Assembly (NCBI GenBank): GCA_963785725.1
Contig: CAWAWS010000022.1
Span: 64,001-128,000 of the forward strand
Source: an uncultured delta proteobacterium
GTDB taxonomy: Bacteria; Myxococcota_A; Polyangia; Palsa-1104
Direction: 5' to 3'
DNA: 64,000 bases
Shown: positions 18,538-26,604 of the stretch, piece after piece
How the letters are laid out: each line of letters begins with the position of its first letter
Numbering within the stretch: the first letter of the stretch is position 1
The notes under the pieces: model-generated
Told to the model about the DNA's origin: nothing
Database searches by the model: none
Seen by the model: only the letters and a program-made list of their open reading frames with translations
Made by a program: the position numbers and the translations under genes

Positions 18538-20171
18538 AGCCCTCTCTTCTCGTGCTGCCTGTGGCGATGACGCTCGGCTGCGCCGGCCAGCTGCACTTCG
18601 CCGATCGCGCCATCCTGTGGCACGACCCCGACGACGCACCGGTGCCGGCGCCGCACAAGCGCAAGGACCTCGAGATCGCCTGGGAAGGCATGCGCGACGC
18701 GCTGTTTCGCCCGGCGCAGCGCTTCTTCTCCGCCGATTACCTGACCGAAGCGCGGAACGTGAATGCGCTCGACGAGGTGCCCGACTCGAGCTGGTTCGTC
18801 GATCGCCGGCGCGATCCGACGGCGCCCGACGATCAGCCGCGCTGGCATCATCTCGCGCCCGAGGTGGTCGAGCGCGGCGCCGCCGTCGAGCCCGGCCCGG
18901 TGTTGCCGCTGACCGTGCTCAAAGAGAAGACCGAAGGCTCGGCCAGCGGTCTCGTGGTCACCGACGCGCACGGCGTAAAGTTCCAGCTCAAGTTCGATCC
19001 GCCCGGCTATCCGGGGCTGGTCTCGTCGGTGGAGGTGGTCGTCACGCGTCTGGCGTGGGCGGCGGGCTGGAACGTCCCCGGCGACACGCTGATCGAATTC
19101 GGCCGGCAGGATATGCAGCTCGCGCCCGACGCCTGGACCCTCGACCGCTTCGGCCACCATCGGCAGCTGACGGCCGGGGCGCTCGACGACGTCATCAACC
19201 ACGTCGCCGTCGACGGACGCGTGCACGCGGTGGCGAGCCGCTGGATCGAAGGCGAGCTGCTCGGCTGGTTCTCCTACCTCGGCCGCGACAAGCACGACGA
19301 GAACGATCGCGTCGATCATCAGTACCGGCGCGACCTGCGCGGCTTCGGCGTGTGGGCGGCGTGGGTGGACGACGTCGACACCTACGAGAACAACACGCTC
19401 GACGCCTACGTGGGCGCGCCCGGCCGCGGACACGTCGTGCACTATCAGCAGGGTGTCGGCGCCAGCTTCGGCCGCTTCGCCGGGCTCCCCATCGAATACT
19501 GGATGGGCCAGCAGCCCTACTTCACACCGAGCAACGTCCTGCTCTCCTTGGTCACGCTCGGCTTTTTGCCGAGGCCGTGGGAGGATTCGCGGCTGAAGCG
19601 GGCGCGCGCGCGGGCGCTGGTCGAGTGGCCGCAGCTCGGGTTCTACGAGGCCGCGCACTTCGATCCCCGCCATTGGCAGCCGCTGGCGCAGAACCCCGGG
19701 TTCGTCCGCCAGACCCGTCGCGATCGCTATTGGGGCGCCAAGCAGGTGGTGGCGTTCAACGAGGAGGAGATCCGCGCCGCCATCCGCGCCGGACACTTCC
19801 CGCCGCTGGCCGCCGAGCACCTCTTCGACGTGCTGTGGCGGCGACGCGAGCGCATCGCGCGCGCCTTCTTCACCGACGTCGCGCCGCTCGATCATTTCCG
19901 GCTCGAGGACGAGCGGCTGTGCTTCGAGGACTTGTGGGTGACGGCCGGGCTCGGCGACGAGCCGGGCACGGCCTATGAAGCGCGTGAGCGCGCCACGCCC
20001 GCCCGCCCGCTCGCGCTGCAGCACGGTTGCGTCGTGGTTCCGCGCGGCGCCGGCTATCGCGTCGTCGAGCTGCGGGTGTACCGACCGGCGCAGCGCCACT
20101 TCGGGCCCCCGGTGGCCGTCCACCTGGTCGAGCGCGACGGCGTCCGCCACATCGTCGGAATCGAGCGCTAA
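18534..20171 (+). CDS. Lipoprotein with an atypical-kinase-like (HipA/PI3-4K-like) fold (545 aa)
   Basis: ATGA overlap with the Omp85 gene; TLGC lipobox; NVNALDEVPDSSWF, LKFD, EVVVTRLAWAAGWNVP, WVDDVDTYENN. CDS certain, fold inferred. Confidence 0.7.
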   Translation: MKPSLLVLPVAMTLGCAGQLHFADRAILWHDPDDAPVPAPHKRKDLEIAWEGMRDALFRPAQRFFSADYLTEARNVNALDEVPDSSWFVDRRRDPTAPDDQPRWHHLAPEVVERGAAVEPGPVLPLTVLKEKTEGSASGLVVTDAHGVKFQLKFDPPGYPGLVSSVEVVVTRLAWAAGWNVPGDTLIEFGRQDMQLAPDAWTLDRFGHHRQLTAGALDDVINHVAVDGRVHAVASRWIEGELLGWFSYLGRDKHDENDRVDHQYRRDLRGFGVWAAWVDDVDTYENNTLDAYVGAPGRGHVVHYQQGVGASFGRFAGLPIEYWMGQQPYFTPSNVLLSLVTLGFLPRPWEDSRLKRARARALVEWPQLGFYEAAHFDPRHWQPLAQNPGFVRQTRRDRYWGAKQVVAFNEEEIRAAIRAGHFPPLAAEHLFDVLWRRRERIARAFFTDVAPLDHFRLEDERLCFEDLWVTAGLGDEPGTAYEARERATPARPLALQHGCVVVPRGAGYRVVELRVYRPAQRHFGPPVAVHLVERDGVRHIVGIER

Positions 20172-20372
20172 ACCAGGGTTCGCAATTCTCGATCGCTTCG
20201 CGCTCGAGAATCGCGCCCTGATTTAGCCTCGATCAATGAGGGCGTGCCGCCCTCCCCGAATGGGCAAAGCCCATTCGGGTCCTCTCCCTGCTCTCGGCGC
20301 GACTCCGCGCCGACGCGAGCTTCGCTCGCTCGAAAGTCGCGGCCTATCGCGAATTGCGATCGGCCATTTAGC
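20167..20372 (+). repeat. ~206-bp hairpin-rich intergenic repeat (REP/MITE-like), copy 2
   Basis: Aligns to the reverse complement of 12786-12977 with a 14-nt insertion and about a dozen substitutions; ends GCTAAA...TTTAGC. Confidence 0.9.
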
Positions 20373-20408
20373 ACGAGCCGGCGCGTCGCGGCCCGCGCAC
20401 GATTGAGG

Positions 20409-20906
20409 TTAGGCGCCGGGGGCGCGGCGCGGATAGCGGTGCATGAGCTGCGAGGCCGCCTTCTCCAGTCGACTCACGTTCACGATGCCCGGGTGCTCGA
20501 CGACCGACGTGGCCGAGGCGCGCCAAAAGACGCGATTGGTCCGCGAATCGACGAAGTCGACGATGAAGCTCCCGTCGGTGTAAGCCACGACCTCGGGATC
20601 CCAGCCGTAAATGCCGTTGCCCCAATCCGTGACGCCGATGTTGTGCTCCTGGAGCAGGTGGTAGTCGACCAGGAAATCGGCGGCGCTCGCCGGCGCCTCG
20701 CGCAGCCCATCTTGCGTGAGCTCGGCGCGCAGCACCGCTTTGACCTGCTGGTCCAGGATCGTCTCGGGACCTTTGCCGCTCGGCGGGAGCCAAGAGAACG
20801 TCTGATAGTGGCCGAGGTCGGCCTGCGGCGCGACCTGCGAGCGGACGCGCATGCTCGCGCATCCGGTGAATAGAGCCAGCATGGCGAGCAGGGAGCCCTT
20901 GCGCAT
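20409..20906 (-). CDS. DUF4136 family lipoprotein
   Basis: FTGC lipobox; YQTFSW, ADFLVDYH, YTDGSFIVDFVDSRTNRVFWR. Confidence 0.85.
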   Translation of the reverse strand: MRKGSLLAMLALFTGCASMRVRSQVAPQADLGHYQTFSWLPPSGKGPETILDQQVKAVLRAELTQDGLREAPASAADFLVDYHLLQEHNIGVTDWGNGIYGWDPEVVAYTDGSFIVDFVDSRTNRVFWRASATSVVEHPGIVNVSRLEKAASQLMHRYPRRAPGA

Positions 20907-21067
20907 GGAATCACCTCTCGCTTCCTTTTAGGTCTCCAGACGCGCGAGCCAAGTCGCCGCGAAGCGACAACGCGCGTCAGGCCTCTGCCTTAGACGCCGC
21001 ACGAGGAACGCGATGCGCGTCGTTCCCGCATTGACAGTCGCCACGGCCGCCCGATTTACCGTCAGAG

Positions 21068-22213
21068 ATGCGGCAGCCGACGCTCCATATGGCGGTCTTG
21101 TTGGCGCTGTTGCCGGTCGCGTCCGGCGCCGTCCGCGCGGACGAGCGGCCGAGCGCGACGGCTCCCGCGCAGCTGGAAGGCGCGACGGCGCAAGCCGAGC
21201 AGCCCGACGCGACCGCGCAAGCCGAGCAGCCGAGCGCGACAGCGCAAGCCGAGCAGCCGAGCGCGACGGCGCAAGCGGAACAGCCGAGCGCGACGGCGCC
21301 TTCGCCCGACGCCACCGAGCCGACGCCGTCGCCCGAGCCGGGTCCGGTGGAGCATGACTTGCCGAGCGCGAAGGCGCCGGCCAAGGAGCTGCCGCATCAT
21401 CCGGCGGCAGCGAATCCGCCGCATCACAAGAGCGAGATCTCGGACGAGACCTTCAAGTTCCGCGCGTCCGTCGACCTCCCGATCGCGCTGGGCGCGGCGG
21501 CGACGTGGGGTCTTCTCGCCATCCTGAAGAATCAGCTGTCGTCGAGCTGCCGCTGGTGCGACCGAAACGCCAACGGCAGCGACGGGCTGAACGCCTTCGA
21601 TCGCAGTGCGCGCAATGCGCTCAAGTGGTCCAACACCTCGGCGGCGGGCACGATCTCGGACGTGAGCACGTTCGTGGTCACGCCGCTCTTCATCGCCGGT
21701 CTCGATCTGGCGGCTGCCGGCTCGCCGCACCGCTGGCGTCGCTGGGCCATGGACATCCTCATCATCTCCGAGGCGACGGCGCTGTCCGGCGCGCTCAACT
21801 ACATCGTCAAGTACGCGGCCTCGCGCCAGCGACCGTTCGTCCATTTCGAGATGCTGAGCGGCGTGAAGTACAAGACCAACGTCGACGACAACGCCTCCTT
21901 CTTTTCCGGCCACACGACCTTCGCCTTCGCCGTCGCCACCGCCGGCGGCACGGTCGCTTCGCTGCGACATTACAAGTGGGCGCCGCTCATCTGGGCCGTC
22001 GGCATGAGCGTGGCGACGTTCTCGGGCTATCTGCGCATCGCCGCCGATCAGCATTACCTCTCGGACGTGATCGTGGGCGCCGTCGTCGGCTCGGCGATCG
22101 GCGCGGGCTTGCCGCTGCTGCGCTGGATTCGTCCGCTGCGCGAGCGCAAGATTTCGTTCGGCGGCCAGGCCGGCCCCAACGGCGCGCTGGTCGGCGTGTA
22201 CGGCATCTGGTGA
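21068..22213 (+). CDS. PAP2 family phosphatase with a repetitive N-terminal linker
   Basis: KYAASRQRP, SFFSGHT, LRIAADQHYLSDV motifs; signal peptide. Confidence 0.9.
   Translation: MRQPTLHMAVLLALLPVASGAVRADERPSATAPAQLEGATAQAEQPDATAQAEQPSATAQAEQPSATAQAEQPSATAPSPDATEPTPSPEPGPVEHDLPSAKAPAKELPHHPAAANPPHHKSEISDETFKFRASVDLPIALGAAATWGLLAILKNQLSSSCRWCDRNANGSDGLNAFDRSARNALKWSNTSAAGTISDVSTFVVTPLFIAGLDLAAAGSPHRWRRWAMDILIISEATALSGALNYIVKYAASRQRPFVHFEMLSGVKYKTNVDDNASFFSGHTTFAFAVATAGGTVASLRHYKWAPLIWAVGMSVATFSGYLRIAADQHYLSDVIVGAVVGSAIGAGLPLLRWIRPLRERKISFGGQAGPNGALVGVYGIW
21182..21298 (+). repeat. 27-bp coding tandem repeat (ATAQAEQPS), four copies plus a partial
   Basis: Units gcgacNgcgcaagcSgaRcagccSRRc. 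Confidence 0.9.
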
Positions 22214-22614
22214 TCGTTCGAAAGCGCCCTCGTGTCATTTAGCGAGGGGCCGTGACGCGCTGCACGCCGTCGCTGCGCCTGCACGTCGGGCATTGAACTT
22301 GCTGTTCGGCGCAGCATGTCGTTCGCCTTCACTGCCGCCGCGCGCCGCGCCATCGCCACCGGCGCGCGCGGTCGCGCTCGCGCGCGCGGGCTTCAGCGCC
22401 CGTCACTGGCGGGTCGCGTCGGCCGCGCGATCGACGCAGGCGCCGCGTCGCCGTCGGGCGCGTGTCCGCGACAACTACAGTCGTCCCTCTTCGTAGCTTC
22501 GACGTTCACGACTCACCTCACCTCGCGGCCGACATCGCAAGGCGTCGCCCGCGCCAACGCCACGTCGCATGCGCGCTTGGCCACCTCATCGAGCTCGTCT
22601 TCTCAGGAGAATTG

Positions 22615-24501
22615 ATGCGTAATCCGTCCGGTACTGCACGTCCTTCGCGCGGCGATGGCCGTCGACTTTCACTCCGCTCGCGCGCCCTCGCCAGCCACGG
22701 CCTCGTCGCCTGCGCGCTCATGCTCGGCGCCTGCACCGCGGCGCCGACGGGCGAGAGCACCGCGGCACAAGAAAAGAACGGGATCATCCTCCCCATATTC
22801 CATCCCGGCTGGAACGGCGCGTGGGATCGCTACGACGCCGGCGCGCTGCGCAGCATGCCGGCCATCGCTTCCAACGGCACGCTGTGGGAGCTCGCCACCG
22901 TCGACAACAGCACCCAGCACCTCAACGTGCGCGAGAGCAGCGACGGCGTGCACTGGGGCGCGCCCGTCGATCTCGGCGGCACCTTCAACGGCACGCCCGG
23001 CATCGCCTTCTGTCGCACGGCGCTCGTCGTCGCCGCCATCGACAACAGCGGCGCCGCCTGGTCGTTCGCGCGCGGCCTCGGCGGCAGCAACGCGCCCGGC
23101 GCGTGGGGCGGCGCCACCTCGATGGGCGGCGTCCTCCTCGGCGGCATCGGCCTCATCGGCAATCCCACCGGCTACGGCATGACCGCCGTCGGCATCGGCA
23201 CCAACTATCAGATGTGGGAGCTCACCGGCATCGTCGGCTTGTGGAACGATCGCTGGACGCAGCAGACCAGCGGCTACACGCTCGCGCCCGTCGCGCCCAC
23301 CGGCTTCACCCTCGGTAACGGCCGCCTCGATATCGTCGCCGCCTCGAGCACGATGGTGCCCTTGCACGAGTGGGAGACCAACGGCGTCGTCGGTGGCTGG
23401 GAAGCGCTCGGCGGCGTGCAGATGGGCCAGGGCAGCCTCGTCGCCACCGGCCCGACGTCGTACAGCGCGTATGTCATCGGCACCGATCGCAACACCTACC
23501 AAAACGTCTACGACGGCGCGAAGTGGGACGGCTGGACGCGCATCTTCGGCTGCTCCGAAGGCGACGGCGCCTACGCGGTCTCGCCCTATCCCTTCGACAC
23601 CGGCTACGGCGACACCACCGACCTCTACGTGCTCGGCATGGATCACACGGCCACCTACCACAACCGCTGGTCGCTCTTTCCGAGCCTCGCGGCCGGTCAG
23701 CAGCCCTACTGCTGCGGCATGCCCAACACCGCTTGCTGCGGCATCGAGGCGTCGTCGTCGGCCTGCGCCGACGAGCTCACGCCGACCGGAAACTATCGCT
23801 GCAACCCCGCCGACAACAAGTGCGAGCAGTGCGGCTCGGCCGTCGGCGAGCCCTGCTGCTTGAACGAGAGCGGACCGCTCGGCGACGCGCAGCGCTGCGG
23901 CTTCGGCGGCAGCAGCACCGTGTGCGACGTCTTCAACCGCACCTGCGTGTCGGCGAGCGCGCCGCAAGCAGGCCCGGGCGAAATCTGCGGCGCCAACGGC
24001 AGCTGCATCGCCGGCTTCACCTGCGCCGGCCGCGACTCGGGCACGCAGACGCTCGGCTACTGCAAGCCGACGACGACGACGTGCGGCGGCGACGAGACCA
24101 TCTGCTTCAACGACGCCGCCTGCTGCAACGGCTTTTTGTGCAACGACTACCGCTGCACGCTCGCGTCGCGCAAGACCTGCGGCGGCAACGCCATCACCGA
24201 CGGCTCGACCACCTACCCGGTCGCGCTGCGTGACGCCGTCTCCGGCTGCGCGCTCGACGTCGTCGAGGAGCTCGCCAACTCCGCCGCCGAGGCCTACGCC
24301 TGCGCCGACACGCAGTATCCCAACGCGCAAGTGCTCAACGCCAACGCCTATCCGTGGGCCTACTACGACTACGCGGTGCACACGTCGGCCGGCCTGTGCT
24401 GGATCGATCGCGTGGCCGCCTTCTTGCCGGGCGACGCCGCCATCTGCGTCAGCACCACGAACCCCGGCAGCACTTACGTGCTCAACGGCAGCTGCCCATG
24501 A
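22615..24501 (+). CDS. Lipoprotein: W-x-x-LGG beta-propeller (lectin-like) plus Cys-rich C-terminal region, copy A
   Basis: AGGAGA RBS; LGAC lipobox; repeats WGAPVDLGG, WGGATSMGG, WEALGG, WDGW; many CC/CG motifs. Confidence 0.8.
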   Translation: MRNPSGTARPSRGDGRRLSLRSRALASHGLVACALMLGACTAAPTGESTAAQEKNGIILPIFHPGWNGAWDRYDAGALRSMPAIASNGTLWELATVDNSTQHLNVRESSDGVHWGAPVDLGGTFNGTPGIAFCRTALVVAAIDNSGAAWSFARGLGGSNAPGAWGGATSMGGVLLGGIGLIGNPTGYGMTAVGIGTNYQMWELTGIVGLWNDRWTQQTSGYTLAPVAPTGFTLGNGRLDIVAASSTMVPLHEWETNGVVGGWEALGGVQMGQGSLVATGPTSYSAYVIGTDRNTYQNVYDGAKWDGWTRIFGCSEGDGAYAVSPYPFDTGYGDTTDLYVLGMDHTATYHNRWSLFPSLAAGQQPYCCGMPNTACCGIEASSSACADELTPTGNYRCNPADNKCEQCGSAVGEPCCLNESGPLGDAQRCGFGGSSTVCDVFNRTCVSASAPQAGPGEICGANGSCIAGFTCAGRDSGTQTLGYCKPTTTTCGGDETICFNDAACCNGFLCNDYRCTLASRKTCGGNAITDGSTTYPVALRDAVSGCALDVVEELANSAAEAYACADTQYPNAQVLNANAYPWAYYDYAVHTSAGLCWIDRVAAFLPGDAAICVSTTNPGSTYVLNGSCP

Positions 24502-24554
24502 GCGCGCGCCTTCGCTCTTTCACGCACGACGAGCTGGAACGTCAAGGAGAACGC

Positions 24555-26480
24555 ATGAGCACTCGATTCGGAACCCAACCGCGGCGACGTCACGCTGCGA
24601 CGCTCGGGCTCGTGGCTTGCGCCGCGCTGCTCGCCGCCTGCGACCCGTCGGCCTCGATCGGGCAGAGCGGCGCCGCGCTCGATAAGCCGAGCGGAATCAT
24701 CATCTCGCCCATTTTTCCCGTCCTCCACACCGCGTGGAACGGCGGCTTCGACCGCTTCGACGCCGGTGCGCTGCGCAACATGCCGGCCGTCGCCTCCAAC
24801 GGCACGCTGTGGGAAATGGCCACCGTCGGGACCAATCAGCACTTGAGCGTCCGCGAGAGCACCGACGGCGTGAGCTGGGGCGCGCCCGTCGACCTCGGCG
24901 GCACCTTCAACGGCACGCCCGGCATCGCCTTTTGCCGCACGGCGCTCGTCGTCGCCGCCATCGACAACAGCGGCGCCGCCTGGTCGTTCGCGCGCGGCCT
25001 CGGCGGCAGCAACGCGCCCGGCGCCTGGGGCGGCGCCACCTCGATGGGCGGCGTCCTCCTCGGCGGCATCGGCCTCATCGGCAATCCCACCGGCTACGGC
25101 ATGACCGCCGTCGGCATCGGCACCAACTATCAGATGTGGGAGCTCACCGGCATCGTCGGCTTGTGGAACGATCGCTGGACGCAGCAGACCAGCGGCTACA
25201 CGCTCGCGCCCGTCGCGCCGACCGGCTTCACGCTCGGCAACGGCCGCCTCGACATCCTCGCCACCTCGAACGCGATGGTTCCCTTGCACGAGTGGGAGAC
25301 CAACGGCGTCGTCGGCGGCTGGGAGTCGCTCGGCGGCGTGCAGCTCGGGCTGACCCAAGGCACCCTCGTCGCCACCAGCGCCACGACGTACACCGCGTAC
25401 GTCATCGGCACCGATCGCAACACCTACCAGGATGAATACGACGGCACGAAGTGGGACGGCTGGGCCAAGATCTTCGGCTGCTCCGAAGGCGACGGCGCCT
25501 ATGCCGTCACGCCCTATCCCTTCAGCAACGGCTACGCCGACACCACCGACCTGTATCTCATCGGGATGGATCACCAGACCATCTATCACAACCGCTGGTC
25601 GCTCTTCGCCAGCGCCACCGCCGGACCGCAGCCGTATTGCTGCGGCTCGACCGGCCTCGACTGCTGCACGCCCGCCGACAAGATGCCGTGGGTCTGCAAC
25701 GGCGACACCACCGCCAATTACATCTTGTGCAACGCCGCCGACAACAAGTGCGAGCAGTGCGGCGCCGCCGTCGGCCAGACCTGCTGCGAGGTGAGCAACG
25801 TCTCGCCCGCCTTCCCGCGCTGCGGCGGCGGCCTCGTCTGCAACATCTACAACAACGAGTGCGTCGGCGCAGGCGCGCCCGGCGGCGGCGCCGACCAAGT
25901 GTGCAGGGCCGGCGGCATCTGCGACGCCGGCTACACCTGCACCGGCCGCACCTCGAACGTCGCCGGCTTCTGCAAGCCGAACCCGACGCCGACGTGCCAA
26001 GGCGCGGGCGGCGGCTGCAGCTCGACGGCGGGCTGCTGCAGCGGCCTCAGCTGCGTCGGCGGCGCGTGCACGGCCAACACCTCGAAGACCTGCGGCGGCA
26101 ACGCCGTCGGTGCGAGCACGGGCGTCTACGAGATCGGCATCCGCGATCCGAATTCCAGCTGCGCCGTCGGCATCCGCAACTACTACGCCAACTCCGCCGC
26201 CGAGGCGAAGAGCTGCGCCGCGGCCAACTACCCCGGCTACGATCTGCTGCCCAATGAGTCGCCCACGGAATACGACTACTCTCAGCTCAGCGAGTTTGGG
26301 TGCACCGACGCCCACGTGTCCGTCTTCAGCGAGGACGACCTCGACGCCTGCGAGCAGTACCAGTGCGAGAACTGCAGCGACTCCAGCGAGAGCTGCGAAG
26401 AGATCGAGAACGGCTTGAGCGGCGACTCGCGCGCCACCGGCCCGCTGACCAAGGCGGCCGTCGCCGCGACCGTTCACTAG
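24555..26480 (+). CDS. Lipoprotein: lectin-like beta-propeller plus Cys-rich region, copy B (tandem paralog)
   Basis: AAGGAG RBS; LAAC lipobox; propeller largely identical to copy A. Confidence 0.8.
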   Translation: MSTRFGTQPRRRHAATLGLVACAALLAACDPSASIGQSGAALDKPSGIIISPIFPVLHTAWNGGFDRFDAGALRNMPAVASNGTLWEMATVGTNQHLSVRESTDGVSWGAPVDLGGTFNGTPGIAFCRTALVVAAIDNSGAAWSFARGLGGSNAPGAWGGATSMGGVLLGGIGLIGNPTGYGMTAVGIGTNYQMWELTGIVGLWNDRWTQQTSGYTLAPVAPTGFTLGNGRLDILATSNAMVPLHEWETNGVVGGWESLGGVQLGLTQGTLVATSATTYTAYVIGTDRNTYQDEYDGTKWDGWAKIFGCSEGDGAYAVTPYPFSNGYADTTDLYLIGMDHQTIYHNRWSLFASATAGPQPYCCGSTGLDCCTPADKMPWVCNGDTTANYILCNAADNKCEQCGAAVGQTCCEVSNVSPAFPRCGGGLVCNIYNNECVGAGAPGGGADQVCRAGGICDAGYTCTGRTSNVAGFCKPNPTPTCQGAGGGCSSTAGCCSGLSCVGGACTANTSKTCGGNAVGASTGVYEIGIRDPNSSCAVGIRNYYANSAAEAKSCAAANYPGYDLLPNESPTEYDYSQLSEFGCTDAHVSVFSEDDLDACEQYQCENCSDSSESCEEIENGLSGDSRATGPLTKAAVAATVH

Positions 26481-26505
26481 CGTACGATCGACCCGCTCGT
26501 CCTCA

Positions 26506-26597
26506 CGGCGGCGGCAGGCCCTCGACCTGCCGTCGCCGGAATCTCGGCCGACGCGCGCTTTGCGCGCTCGATCCAGAATCGCGATCGGCCATTCAGC
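26506..26597 (+). repeat. Partial or related copy of the hairpin repeat, between convergent genes
   Basis: GCCGACGCGCGC-TTT-GCGCGCTCGA (26547-26571), terminal GAATCGCGATCGGCCATTCAGC, and a 13-bp stem at 26506-26538. Confidence 0.65.
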
Positions 26598-26604
26598 TCC
26601 CGGC

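Noticed and set aside
21182..21298. Tandem repeats (also 28958-29047 and 53431-53590) as CRISPR arrays
   Set aside because: No unique spacers, unit lengths are multiples of three within CDSs, and no cas genes are present
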